NCBI GenBank assembly: GCA_050084985.1
Contig: JBITNC010000001.1
Span: forward strand, 11,098,001-11,162,000
DNA: 64,000 nucleotides
Direction: 5' to 3'
DNA from: Nageia nagi
Taxonomy: Eukaryota; Plantae; Pinophyta
Positions 1 to 14,600 of this stretch are shown piece after piece. The position numbers were made by a program, and so were the translations under genes. The first letter of the stretch is position 1. Every line of letters begins with the position of its first letter. The notes under the pieces were generated by a model. That model was not told the origin of the DNA. It did not search any database and saw nothing but the letters and a program-made list of their open reading frames with translations.

Positions 1-1599
1 TGTTAAAGCTTTTCTCATGCTTCAAAAGGAGCCTAAAAAGGTTCTCAAAGATAAGATTTCTTTTTATGGTTGAACTTCTTCTTGAAAGGAGTTTTGGTTA
101 CTCTAAGAGCAACATTATCCTTAGGAGAAGAAATTAAGACCTTTTTGTTAAAGCTTTTCTCATGCTTCAAAAGGAGCCTAAAAAGGTTCTCAAAGAAGAA
201 GACTTCTTTTTCATCATCAAGCCTTATTTTCATAACCGTCATAAAGTTTTTAAACCTTGAAGAAAAGTTTTGAAGAATGATGAAGACCATGAACTCATCA
301 TTGATCCAATTGCATCTACAAGCAACAAGTTGTGTACTAATGTTAATAATTTTATTCAAGTAGATAACCATATTTTCATCTTCCCCTTAACAAGATTGCA
401 GCTACTTTTGGAGAATAGTAAATATTTTTGAAAACTATGAACCAAGGGATATTTGCTTAAGTTTATCCCAAGCTTCTTTTGCCAAAGTTGAAGAGGAAAT
501 CATCAGAAGCATATCATTTGAAACTACATGAAAGATCATAGAGGTTGTCAATTCATTCTTTATGTTATAAGTCTCTAGTGTCTTCTCATCTATAAGAGGT
601 AAAAGGTTCTCATTCACTATTTGCCAAAGCTTTTTTACCTATAATTTAGCTCTTATATGAAGTTTTCAAATACTAAAGTTAGAAACATCAAGAATGTGTT
701 TGGTAAAAAAGATTCTCTTATTTGCTACACAAAAATATGAAAAATAATAAGCATATAATTAACAACATTATATGTTAAGTTTTAACCAAGTAAAAAATAC
801 ATGTTAATTTTAACACAAAAGATATACCTAATTTGTTTCACTAGTGTAAATATTTTACAACTCATAATAATCTATGTACCTAAATACATTTCTCATCTTA
901 AGAACCGTAGATGTAGAGTGACATTGTTGAGGTTTATTTTCTTATCTAAAATTAGGCTTTCACCTAGATGCCCACAAAGAGGAGCCTAAGTACTACCAAT
1001 CCTCAACCAGTTTGCCTTGGTCAATATTATACTTTCTCATAAGAAGTACCCACTATTTTTCAAAGTTATAAAGTTTATTAGATTGATCAAATTATTAATC
1101 TTGATTAGATTTCAAATTATCCTTTTAATTTATCAAGATAATATCTGAATAAACGTGCAAACATGTGCTATCACTACACATATGTCTGTCCACCTATTGG
1201 AGTTATGTCTAGACCAATAGAGGACTTGGGGGCAATTAACAAGTACAAACTTTTCATCATTTGGATCGTCGAACTTAAAGGCTCCAGTTTGCTTGTTCTC
1301 ATCTCATGGCTCCCCAAACAAGTCATGTTGTGGAATGTACGTACAGATGTGTTCATTTGAAAGGGTTACTCATTTCAATGTTTACGATAAAGCAAAAGTG
1401 CTAAACATGAAGTAAAGTGCATAAATTAAACATCATCCATCTATAACATGGAACCTTAAGAGTCCAATGGGTTTTGTTTACTAACTCCTAGAGAACATCT
1501 TTACATAGGTCCATAAATTTGCACAAATTAACTTTGCAAAAATGATAAATACTCATGCATTAATTATATAATTTGCATAAGTTAACTTTGCATAAAGGA

Positions 1600-1990
1600 T
1601 AAATTCTGAACATGCATTTTTAAGCCATAAGCATGCATCTTAAAAAATTAAATCCTAAGCATTAACTTAAAAATTTAAGTCCTTAAGTATGCATTATTAA
1701 CTTAATAAATAAGTTTTAAAAATATATATTAATTAGCTTAAAAATTAAGTACTAAGCATGCACTTATTAACTTAACAAATAAGTTCTTAAAACATACATT
1801 AATTAGCTTAAAAATTAAGTACTAACAATGCATTTATTAACTTAACACATAAGTATTAAGCATGCATTTAACTTAAGATTTAAGTACTAACCATAAGCAT
1901 GCAACTCTTTATCTTAAAGTAAAAATTTAGTGCTAAGCATAAGCATACAACTCTTTATCTTCAAGTAAAAATTTAGTATGCATACTAGAT
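1600..1990. repeat. AT-rich imperfect tandem repeats in the Copia leader
   Basis: Repeated units such as aaaaattaagtactaagcatgcacttattaacttaac; related reverse-complement units at ~62220-62330. Confidence 0.7.
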
Positions 1991-3548
1991 AAAAATAATA
2001 ATAAGAAAAAATTTATACTAATTCCCCCCTTTTTATTTAAAGATTTATTCTTAAAAGTAGCATACCAAATAATTTATCCTTATAAGTATTTGCATGCTAA
2101 AACATTCTAAGTATGTATTCATATTAAATATTTTAAGTAAAAAAATTCTTTTTTTACTTAAAGAGTAGCATAGCTAAATTAAAGTAGCATTCCTCTAAAA
2201 AAATTAAATTAATAATTTATTTACGTAAATTACAAAACTTAACCAAATAAAATCTCCATTTTAGGAGTAATGATGAAAGTATACTTCAGCATTAATGAGT
2301 TTTGGACATTCTATCTACTTTAGACCTATCTTAAAGACAATTCATGATGGAGAAAAAAAGTGAAGTATACATTTACACAAGACATGAATGCTAGTAGAGG
2401 CATTAAAGACTAAAGGAGACTTGCAAGAAAATCCAAAATTAGTATCAAAAGTAATCAACAAGGGAAAAAAAAAAGGAAAGGAGGGAGGCGCAAAAGGTAA
2501 TAACAAAAAAAATAATCTCTAGTGGGTGGCCGTGCGAGAGGAGTGGTTGGTGGATGAGAGAGGAAAGAGCCCACGGCAAAGGCTTTAAACCCCCCTGATT
2601 GGATACAAAGTCCTGAGGGCGGAGCGTGATGGTCTTGGCTTGATTCTCATCCCCCCGTGGCCACCATTTCGGGTTAGATTTTAATGTGAAAGTCAAGATT
2701 AGTGGATAACGTCTGACTCTAAATTGTGTGGTCGATCCAAGTCGGGTTCAGCTTGTTGCGGTTGTTGCTCGATTATGGGCAAATGATAAAGGAGGTCGAA
2801 CAAAAAATAGACTGCATCACCTTCGCTACCCCAATAAACAAACACAGCAAAGAGCAGTCGTAGTGACACCGGTAAAGAGCAGACGTCGCAGTGGCCTGAC
2901 AGCACAGGCAGGAGAGGAGATAGCAAAGGACAGACATGGGGTTTCAACTAACTTCGTGCAGTGAGCGTGGTGCTAAAAAAAATAAAATGTCATAGTGCCA
3001 CCAGCTCACAGTGAAATAATATACATGGGGTTTCAAGTCCTTTTGATTTTGTATATTGCAAAAATATATATATATATATTTATGTCTATATATTTGTTAG
3101 AAATAATAAACTTCTCTTCTTCTTTTTTTTGTGTTAATGTAATAAAAGAATGTGTGTATATATATGTATATATAGTGCTCTCAAAATAAATTAAGTGTAA
3201 AGATAAATTTCTCAAAGAAAATAAGAACCTTTTTTTTTAAATTAATAAATGGTTTAAAGAGTAAAATGTAATTTTTATATACTAATTTCAATTAACAATA
3301 TGTTCATTAAATGTTAGTATAAAAGATAAATGCATCATATTACTATTTTTAGCCAAATTTTGTAAAAAAAAATTAGCTAACACATGACTCAAAATATGTT
3401 AGTATTATTAGCAAAATAAACCAAAAGACAAAAATGACATTATACCTTCTCTTGACTTTACCTCACAATAAAAAGTAAGTTGAGGGATGAAGAAGAGCTT
3501 CCACATCAAGGATGTGAAGAAGAGCTTTCAAAGAGCTCTGATACCAAA

Positions 3549-4033
3549 TAAAAGGATTGAAATATAACTAATACAATCTTAAACTCCCAATATCACATGA
3601 AAGCGTACAATACACATCTAATAAACTCACAAAGATAACACACGATGTAAGTGGTTCCTCCAACTAGAAGTACATCCACTACCTAGATCTCCCTTCTTAA
3701 CAAATATGAACTCTTACAATCCTCCTACATTTTTCTCCTATACACTATCCTATAGCATAACTTTACTTTACAAATTGTTGTATGATCATAAGAGGGAGCC
3801 TTCTATTTATAGATCAAAATTCTTCTTTAGATCACCCTTTTATCCAATGTACAAAAGCATGAAATGCACATCCTTTTACCCAACAGGCATGCTCATGACA
3901 TGGAGTTTAGGATAAGTTACATTATCATATTTACTTAAATACTTAAGGTATCAAATGTTAACATTAATTATCAGTGAACTTACATAGAAGATTATTGTAA
4001 AACCTTTACAATAATGCGTTATACATTCCAAAA
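3549..4033 (-). repeat. 5' LTR of Copia copy A
   Basis: Aligns in reverse with 59790-60288; termini mutated (TT...TA); PBS adjacent; contains a TATAAATAG box. Confidence 0.85.
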
Positions 4034-6296
4034 ATGGGATCATCATTTTTTAACTCTAGGTTAAAAAGTTTCAATTGAAGTTGGTTTAATTCCAATTCGA
4101 AATGGGAATCAAATAAGTCTTTGGGTTTCTTTAGTGCATTCCAACCATCATCAATAGAGAGAATGTGATGGTTAACCTTCTCACTAACCGAAGATGCAAT
4201 CAAAGCATATGCCTTATTGTTTTTCATGTTCCAAACTGTAAGCTCCTTGGCATTAGTTGGTTTGGTAGGTTGGTTATCACCATCACAAATGCGAACCTAA
4301 AAATCATTGAAAATCAAAGTATGCATTATTTTCCTAGACTACTCTGGCCAATTTTCTTTCCTAATTAATACAACACCAACAATATTCACAAGGGAACGCA
4401 TCTTTGAAATAGAAACTTCAAACTTTATTTATTTGCTTTTCAAACTTTTACAATTCAAGAAATTGCACACACTTTTTCAAAAATAACGTCCACACAAAAT
4501 CAAAATTTCTTTTCGCTCACACCACACCAAAAATGCAAAAAGAATATAAGATCTCAAAAGAGATTTATTACATCACATGTCTCCTCTTACGAGAAGGATT
4601 TCTTCTAGGAGGCATGTTACGAGGAGATGGCATAGCTAAAGTAGAAGCAGCATCGAACAATTCAACATCATCTCAATCTTTGTTATCCTCAACATTAACC
4701 AAATAACATGTTTCCAACTCTGATTTTATTTTGTCAACTTCAAGTGTGACAATACTCTAAAGTACAAAATCCCTCAATTATGTCAAAATCACCAAAATCT
4801 AAATCAAATGTCATTACATCTTTACCAATATATTTTTTAATTGCACACAAAATATAATATCCATCAATTGACATAACTGACATCTACACTGAATTCTGAA
4901 CTCAACAAAAAAAAAATTCACTAAAAACGAAGTTCATTTCACCAAGTTATGGCCAAAAATATCTTCAAAATTCGAAATTACCCAAAAATCAAATTAAATG
5001 CTATGTAGTCAAAATGTTGATTGAGCGATCAAATCTGCTTTGTAGCGAATTTGAGCTGTCAAAATGAATAGGAACTGCTAGTAGCACCACTTAGCACACT
5101 CTCGAACATTTTTGTGGGGAGGATAAAAAATTCCAAGCGAATCAGGAAAAACGATCTTGGTCAAGGTCTAGTGTGTGTTGGAGGATGTGTGAGGGTTGAT
5201 AGGGTCACATAACGACTCCATAGGATTTGAAAAACGGTGAGGCAAGCAGACTGGGAGATGCGCAACAGCAAGGAACTTTGGAAACGGTGTGCAGGAGTTT
5301 GGCTTCTAGCTGGCGGTGAGAGGCGCACGAGGTTGGGAGATCCCGAGGAGGATTGCATGTGTGGGTTTACTGTTTGGGAGGTGCAAAGTTTGGAAAATGA
5401 TCGAACGGTAGTGCACGAGCTGGGAGGACGAACGATGCATGAGGATGACTCCACAGCGTATGGTGCAAAGCGCAAAATGGTTGGGGACTTTGGGAGACCT
5501 AGGGTAGACTCCAATAGAGGTTGTTTGAATGTCATGTGCTTTGGGTCTTTGGGAATGCATCTGGTGGCTAGTGATACAAATGGCGGGAGAGGGAGGAGTT
5601 TGAAAAACTTCCACAAAATAGAAAGGATTTTAAAAAAAATATGCACAAGCTTAGAATTGTTATGCCTTTTTTTATTTTCTTTTCCAAATCAACTAAACCA
5701 ACATTTTGCCAAAACTACAGGTTTAAATACAAAACTATCAAACTTTTACACACAACCACTGAAAAACTTTTGTCACACAACACTTACACAACTGAAAACT
5801 TCAAACTATGATAATTCCACCATATCTTCACCAAATCACCTTGTTCAAAAGACAAAACCACTCTCCTCAAAAAAGGGTATCCAAATATGTGGTCAAAAAT
5901 GGATTTTAATGCTCAGTTTCAATGAAAAACAAAAGCAAAATTTTGGATGAAATTTTGGCAACATTTTTAATTATTTTCATGGAGTTAAAGAAAAAAAACT
6001 CATAGCTTTAATACCAATGCTAGGCCGGATAACTCAAAAATCAAAAAACATTGTATTAAGTTAAAATAATGCCTTAATATACAAGAAGATTGACTCTTTA
6101 CATTCACCTTCTTGGATGACCCTTGAGATACAATATAACTCTTCATATTCTCTTAGAAATTATATTTCAAATTCTAGAACACAAAGCTACAAATTTACTA
6201 AATATAATAAATAACTACTACTATATTGTATGTACCATAATCCCTAAAGATTAAATGTCTAACAAAATGAACTATTCAAATAACATTTTTACAACA
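4034..6296 (-). mobile_element. Second Copia family 5' fragment (LTR, PBS, leader, gag N-terminus) interrupted by copy A
   Basis: gag from ATG 4401: MRSLVNIVG...KNNKAYALIASSVSEKV...FELELNQLQLKLFNLELKNDDP, cut at 4034. PBS-like TGGTATTAAAGC at 6005-6016. Tentative LTR 6018-6296. Confidence 0.75.
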
Positions 6297-8563
6297 AATA
6301 CTTTTATTTATGTTAATTTAATCACAAATCCATTTATTATTATTTACCACTAATATTCTAAGAGAAACTAAAACAATCATATAAAGAATTGTGTGAATAT
6401 AACCAACCTTAATTAACTTTGTTCATATTCATCTTGAACAACTAACCTTTTGTATCAACATCAATTTTTATTTGATTAATTTATTAATAGTTTCACATAA
6501 TATTTACTAGTATATTTTTATTATAATGTGCCACTTAGTTGAGTCAAATAATTCAGTCTAATTGTTCAATATAGAAAAATTGCAAGTTTTAAAGATAAAC
6601 TTTAAAGTAATAAATAGAATAATAATCAACAATAATTGCATTTGTTTAAAAATTTGATCCTCTGGCAATTCTATTATTCCCATACCTGAGAGAGATGGTC
6701 CTCATGTTTATTGATTGATGATCACACTTTGATTAAGTAGAACGAAAAACATATACCATAATTTGTATAAATCTTTTGAGTTAGACTAAACTTCAGTATC
6801 TCCTTGTGGGGAAGTGTTTACAATATATTTTGAAGTGTTCAATAATCAAACCTTAAACCTGCAGATCAAGTGAGAATAATGTTATTAATCAACCAAAGAT
6901 TATTGTTATTACTCAACCAGTCATGATGGGCCTTTATAGGAGTTTAAAACCTTTTCTTCTTGCAAATTAGAAATAACAGAAAGAAAAATCTAATAAATCC
7001 TGAGGCCTTGTCATTTATATTGTTTGCAATAAGAACCTCAATGAACATCAGCATAGTTGGGCTTTCATATAGACCTTACATAGAACAAGAAAACAAGTTG
7101 CACAAATTTAGTCCATGTTTATAAATTTTTGATAATATACTATGTAACAAAGTTGTCTCCTTGTTTTTCAATGCGATATGGATGTAGGTATTCTGCATAT
7201 GTATAAATATTTCCATAACATTATTCTTCTCATATTATTATTTATAGGGTAAGAACATGGAGGTTCATAATATTTTTAAAATGTGTCTGTATATATTCAG
7301 TGAGAGAAGGCATTATCTGCAATAAATTATTTATCTTCAAAAGCCATACAATGCTATCAAACAACAAAGTTTCTCATTTGGGTACAACTTATTATTGGTA
7401 AAAGCTGCTTCTAAAGTGACATTAAGTAAAGATATGAAACATATCAGTCATCTAGAATTGAAACAGTGATAAATCACTAATCAGTCATATTTGGTTTTCC
7501 TTTTAACTTCTACAACGTGTCATACATTCATTTTTAATTTTTAAAATCTATAATGAATTTGGTTCCAAGCAAGGTTATATAGTTCACTTCACATTTACAA
7601 ATACTTACAAGCTTTCCAGGTATTAATGCTCAAGGTCTTGACCAGAATGCAAAAGTTGTGTCGGAGACGTGGATGCCCTCAAAACTCTTGGTTTCCAATT
7701 AAAGAAAACTGTCCGACTTCTATGATATAAGAACATTATCTTTAAATTCATTGTCAAACAGATCATAGTTCAAAAAATCAGATTCAGCCAATATTAGTTT
7801 AGGTCCATCAGCAATTTAGAAATTATGTGGGCAAAAAAACTAAAGAATCTGAGTTTAGATAAAGTGCAACATAATTGGCAATTATTCAACAAAGAAGGCA
7901 TATTCCTGAATAAGGGTGATTCTTTGTTTTTCTCGATTCGACAAATAATCACTGATTTTTCAAACTATGAAACATATTTCATAGCTCTGGCACGTCACCA
8001 ATTTGTTATTTGCACAGTACATCTGTCTATCCCTCTCACATAGCTGACATATTGAAGCCTGCTTGAAGAATTTACAACCCAACAACTATAAAAAATTAAG
8101 AATTTACAACACAACAACTATACAATAATTTCTGTCCCTTTGCATGAATGTTGTATCACTAATATAATCAAATTGGAGTTCTAGCCATCATATATGTTGT
8201 GGGATCACATCACATGCACAATTGCTTCTTGAATCCTTGGGCTTTAATTGAATGAAGGGCATATGTGTATTCCAGTTTCAAATTCGATCATGCAATGATC
8301 AAAAAGAACAATTTTTTTGGAAATATATGATAACCATTGAATACCTAATTGCATAAGACATGCAGTTCAGTTTCAGATTTGATCATGCAAAGATCAAATG
8401 TACCAAAATCTTACAAGATTCCAACAGAGACGTGTACAACAAAATTCCAAAATTGAATATGTAATTGCAGAAGACCAACAAATATAGCATTCCACAGAAC
8501 ATCATACCATATATTTTGTATAAATAAGAAGTATCAGTGACCTGATGTAAGAGATCTTACAAT

Positions 8564-8661
8564 TTACACAACTTTGCCATTGTTTGGCTTTCCATCCTCA
8601 CTACTTTCCTGTGACAAAATACTTGCTGAAGAACTACTACCCAGCTCTGCACCTTCTTCAG
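8564..8661 (-). CDS. TATB: TatB terminal coding exon
   Basis: tttgcag|(T)[31 protein letters not shown]; phase 1; TAA at 8564-8566. Confidence 0.8.
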
Positions 8662-11600
8662 CTGCAAAGTTTTAACAAACGAATAAACTGAATGATGCAC
8701 GCTAACAAACTGTAGATATCATGAATAGAATCTATAAAGATAATGTCAACCAAAACGGCATGCTGATATGAACATTCTGTTCTAATAACAATAGTAACTA
8801 CTAAAGAAATTTATACTTGATTCTTTCAGCTTGTCCGTTGGAACTAGAGTTTTTATATGATCTTCAGTAACCTTCAAGTAATCTTCACTTGAGTATGCTT
8901 CTGTCACAGGAAGCCCCATTGACGGAAATAATTCAGAAGAACGGAATATAAGCTCAAGAATACACAAGCATACACAGGAGTTCGTGCATACTAAAGGGAC
9001 AATATTAACAGTCTAAATAAAGCTGTAATGGCTAAGAGAAATTTATACTCGACTCTTTCGGCATCTCCTCCGGAACTACAGTTTTTATTTGATCTTCAGT
9101 AACCTGTAAGGAATCTTCACTTGAGGATGCTCCTGTCACTGGAGGCTCATCTGTGTAAATAAAATCAGAAGGAATACAAGCTCAGTAACACACAAACATA
9201 TACCCGATTTTTTATATATGTATATATATAGAGAGAGAGAGGGTGGGCGGAGGGGAAGAAAGAGGACAAGTAACAACGGTTTTAATAAAGCAGTAACAGC
9301 TAAAAGAAATTTATACCCGACTGTTTAAGCTTCTCCTCTGGAACTAGTGTTTCTATTTGGTCTTCAATAGCCTGTAAAGAATCTTCACTTGAGAATTCTT
9401 TTGTTATAGGAGGTACATCTGCGTACATAAAATCAGAAGAAAGGAATATAAGCTCAAGAACACAAAGCATATATTCTTATATATAAATGGGACACGTAAT
9501 ACTGTATGTAGATTGATAACCCTATTTTAAAGACTTCAACTTTTGATATCAAATGCCAAGGTATCTTAAAGATTGACAATAGCTGATGGAAAATTTCCAT
9601 ATTGCTAAACATGATAACATGTTGTAAAATACAAATGGTCAAGGATGAACAATTAATGTTGATTGTTTCATTTTCCTTTAGGTCTCTGAAACATCCTGGA
9701 TCATAACTTATCTAAAAAGTGAAAACTTTCCACGTTCCAAGTTGGATTTAACCCTATATATCTAGCTAGGACTTTTTAGCAACTCAACATGAAGGGACAT
9801 CTATACCGACTATATCCACCAAATGGTGGCTCATTTATTTCAAGTTTATTCAAAGCAGATGCTGCCATTCCTCCTAACAATTATTTATGATCTCTGATCA
9901 TCTCCTCACAAAGACAGTATTTTGTTGAAATGCAACTAGGCATCAGATTATAATTAATATTTCTAACAAAAAAAACAAAAGCTAGTTCCATGTTCTCTCT
10001 CTTCTTCTATTAACAGTGAAATCATTCAAAATTCAGCAATTGTATTTACTATGAAACACATGCTACATTTCCAGTTTAAGAACCAAAATGATCATGCCAA
10101 GGTTATCTCAAAGATTGCAATAATTCAACTTCCATGTAGCTCGGTCATCAAGGTTAAGCCAAAACAGACCAAACACTTTGATTAATTATATCAAAGCAAG
10201 TCAATTCTCTGAAATATTCTTTGATCTAGTGGTATTATTGAAGTGATAATTATCAAGGAATATCAACAAATGCATGCCAATTTTCTAAGCAAGATCCCTC
10301 TCTAATGCTTGAAAACTCTTTTTTGAAGCTGTCAAGATGCAACTAAAAAGCTCAAATAACGAAACAAAACTCAGACCCAAAGTATCCATAAGAAAATCTC
10401 ATACTGATGCATATAATTTCATTATACAGATGTAAAACATGTCTGACTGTATGGGTATATTTTTGAGAGCCACAATTTTGTAAAATATATGATATGCTAA
10501 GGCACATGGAGTTCATGAAGGCAGCCATATGAAGCGATTGGCCCCAAAACATGAACCAAGAACCAGAATGAATGCTTGACGATTCTCATCTTTAACGTTG
10601 AATCTAGTTATGAATCCTTTATTTTGCCTGTTTTCTTTAGTTGAATCGTTACTTGAAAATACTCATATTTTTCCTCAGCCAAATGGTGTCCTTCAAAATG
10701 TTGAATCGAGGAAAAGGGCTATAATGCCATGCCACAAGCAAGTTGTTTCCAAAATGAACATATATAAAAGAAAAGTGTTTCAAGACATCTTACTTTGAGC
10801 CAAAACAGTGAAAAGATGAAACACAACTAAAAGTAATTCAAGTTCCAGCCCTAAAACAATCCAGAGAGCTACATCCTTTCGTGCAAGAGAAATATAAAAA
10901 CTGCAGATATCATCTGTTAAGTGTTACTTACAGTTACCTGAAAATAAGATTTTATGGTTAGCATGCCGTACTCAGCCCTTAAGTCAATTGTAAACTCGTA
11001 ACAATGAAATAACTTTGTCACTTAGTTGCTTTTGTTTTAACTCTGCATTTAAATTTCAAAATACCATATCCGGCACGTCTTCCAACCAGATAATCTTTGG
11101 GTTGTTCTGAAATACAGTAACTGTTTTTGGGCCCTTTTAACATATACGCCCTAGTAGTTATATTGAAATACATCAGCTCTACGGATGTGACCCATAATGG
11201 ATCAGCAGCATCAGTAGTTGGAGGTCCGCCTATGTAAGATTAGTCACCCACCTAAGTTTAGGACATAATGTTGTTAAGTACACATAGCACACAAAAGCAT
11301 GTCATGGAGACAGACTTGACACAAATGTAGTCAACCACCAAGGAATTATTATGTCAAATTTGAGAACAATTGGATGCACAATTTGAGAGTTACAGCTTCT
11401 AGGCACTTTTTGAGTCACTGCTGGGTCTTCACCGGGTCATGCTCGGATCTGTCCAAAGCAGTGTTGTGGCTTCCTGAAATTTGAACCACACATACTTCTT
11501 ACCATGATGAAGCTTCCCCTAAAGGATTGTGGACAAAGGAGTTAATACGCATGAAAATATGGGTGTTGGTAATTGGACAGAGGTGTATTCACTATTCAGG

Positions 11601-14600
11601 TCAACAGTTAATGCGCATGAAAATATGGGTGTTGGGAATTGAGCAGAGGTGTGTTCAGGTCAAATGTTAATATGAATGAAAATATTGGGAATTGGGAAGA
11701 GATGGGTTCGGGTCCAATGGTCCTGTGTTTGGACTCTGTAGCAGCAGTTCGTTTTTGACACTGTCTTCAGGAGTTACAGTATCAACAGGGTCAAAACAAA
11801 TATTTTCAATCTTTGGACTCGCACCATCCGATTAGATCTTTAATAATCCTTAGAAGTGAAAATTCCAAGCCGTAAATATGCACCTTGAAGATGCTATGGT
11901 TTTATCCGCACATGTCTGCTCTGAATTTCACAGATCTGTGAGCACTGGAGGTTGTTTTTAGCTTCAAGCTCCAAAATTAGATGAGCTATGTCTGTTGGAA
12001 CCACTGCCTGATTTAATGTGTTGGGCTGGTGAAGAAGAGTTCTCACACAGGACATTGGCCCAAGAATGAAACCATCACAAGGAACAAACTTGGAAGCGGC
12101 TCAAATTTCTGCAGATCCAGCAAAGATTTGGAAATTAAATTAATATCTTAATTAAAGCATAAATTAAGATTTTCCCTTTTTCCATATGAAAAAAGACTTT
12201 ACAGGGCTTCTTACTCAAATCATTGTAAAAATGAAAACGCATACAAACAACTTGAACACAATTGTGGAACATTTGCTTCAGACCTCTCACATTGTATTGT
12301 CAATATGTAACTAATTAGATGCAACTTTAAGGATAAGATTACACAGAGAAGATGCATACAGATGGAACTAATGATGAACTAAAATAAATTGTGTATCTCA
12401 CAAAAAGTAATTACAACAAAGTCATACAAGAGTTACTTACTCATGAGAAGCAATAAGAAAAAACAGGGTCGGGCTTTAAACTCTGTTTTAAGCAGGAAAA
12501 AATAACCCTAGGTTGTTTGTGCTGTTTGAGAAAAGATACAAAGTCACTGTATAGATCCATAGTTAACATGTAGTGCTGTGAAAATGGCCCTATAAATTAT
12601 TATAAACAGATACAAGCTAATGTATTTACTTTGCTCCAAGTTCTCCTGTTCCACCATTTTTGAAGTAGACTTGGAGGGTTCAACAGCGATAGAGCGAAGT
12701 TCCTCAAGTCCAATTTCTTGCTCAAGTGTGTTCTTGAAATCCCTTGATACTTCCTGTCAACAAATGATCCAATATACTACATGTAAATATGCACATGGAT
12801 ATACAGGATCTGACATATGGCCATAGAAAGCACTTCAATTCACAACCAGATTTTTATCTTTCTTCTGATGAATGAAAACTCAAACTAAGTTGAACAATTG
12901 TTCTCTCTAATATTTGGAAAAACCATTCACTACTGATTTATATTAGAATAATAACACAAATAAAAAAGATAAACCACCAGAATGGTCAATTATCCGAAAA
13001 AAAGTGCATATTTGTTATAGTGAGTAGTTACAAACCTGAAGCTCCCTTATCGTAGGTTGAAAAGCACGAAGAGATCTGCCCAATGTTCTAGCAACCTGCA
13101 TGGTCACAACAAAATCTATATGATAAAGAAGACGATAAAACTATGCAATATAATAAATGATCCCTTCTATTATTGAACATGCTATTCTCTCAGACTAACA
13201 CAAAACATAAAAATGTGGTAATTGACTTCAATTCTGCAACTAAAAAAGAAGTGTATAGATGAAATCTGTAACAGTTTTATGCATTTCTTGACAATACACT
13301 AACAAATTTGTATTCTTGCATTTTCAGGTACTTGAAATGACCTTTCATTGAATTAGGTAGACAGAACTTGTCTTACAATTGCACATGCATTTTCTGACAT
13401 GTTATACTAATGAAATACTTATTGTAATGACCTGAACAGAGCTTTCCAAGATTTATCGGTTAAAAATCAGCCCGTAACATTGTTTTTACCCATATTATAT
13501 GGTAGTAGGTTGAAGGTATATACTAATCATAACTGTGTGGACAGCCATTTGACTAGTTTCAGGGCATGCAGAGGATGGAGATATTTAAGTGTTCTAAAGC
13601 TAAGCAATCATTGATAATGCTCTATAGAATATCAAATTGTCAAAATTGTGAGTTTTTTGTTCTTGGATCATAACACTTGCAACTGAATCCCATTGGTAGC
13701 AAAACAACTGAGAGTTTTCATGGCAAGCGTAGATAGAATGTTTGACCAAGCTACATGAATTTATGTGATAATTATCAACGACTGCCATAACTTTTGGCCA
13801 AGCTATGAGCTATCATGTCAAGGATAACCATTATCTAATCATTCCAAGTTGATTTCTGGACACGGAATAATATGCAGGTCTAAGAATCATCTTTCCCGCA
13901 CTGAATTGTCTTAATATCTTCTGTCAACGTAAAACATTCTTGGAAATCAAAATTCCAATTGGATGCATTTGAGTGAGATTTCAGCATACATTTGAAAGTC
14001 AATTAAAATGTCATTAACACTTTCACATTTATGTAACTACATTGTGATATTTGTATTTACAATCAGATCCATGAATTCTTAAACCAAGATAACCAAAACA
14101 AGCTTGGCAGTTTCGGCTTTTATCAAGCATTTTAATTCTATTAGAAACAATCATTTAAATACATAAATGAAACATATTTATCTTTGGATAAACTAAAACT
14201 TAGATAGATCCTACAAACCATTGGGTTTAAAGGACATTATAAGACATCATTCATTCATTCAATACGTAATTAGGAGCACATAACATTTCTGGCATCTACT
14301 TCAATCGAGCAGCTCCCAAATTGAGAATAATGTCTACCTCTGACTCTTATCCTCAACATTCACAAGACTAAGTGCACAGTATGGGTCCCTCCCATTCTCA
14401 TAGGAGGCTCCTATAATTTGATGTTCTATGCAACCTTCTAATTGTTAGAAAAACAGTAATCGAACTGTAACAAACAGCAGAAAAATAACTAAAAAAAAAC
14501 AGAGATTTAGTATGGACAACCTTGCAATGTGCAAGGAAAACCACAGGGAAAATGGTAGCTTCAGTCTTGATTACATTCCAACTTACACCCAATACAAAGA

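Larger units (their letters stand above)
1..4033 (-). mobile_element. Ty1/Copia element, long-leader family, copy A (5' LTR, PBS, leader, gag; runs off the window)
   Basis: LTR 3549-4033 is homologous to 59790-60288 and 45661-46216. PBS TGGTATCAGAGC at 3535-3546. Degenerate UBN2-type gag at 45-721 (AKEAWDKLKQI, YLNKII...QLVAC). Confidence 0.9.

Noticed and set aside
2520-2970. Identifiable gene fragment in the slot of copy A (and of copy B, 36000-36610)
   Set aside because: No recognisable protein in the frames examined; kept only as non-homologous slot content.
5237-5950. 237-aa ORF and the overlapping 161/102-aa ORFs as genes
   Set aside because: They lie in the GC-rich leader of a Copia, are open on both strands, run into low-complexity sequence and show no recognisable domain.
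6680-7720. Extra minus-strand exons downstream of TatB (donor-like sites at ~6687 and ~7608)
   Set aside because: The frames examined contain stops and show no homology; they could be 3' UTR exons but this cannot be supported.
8782-8967. 61-aa ORF as a standalone small protein
   Set aside because: It is TatB repeat exon C read through into intron on both sides.
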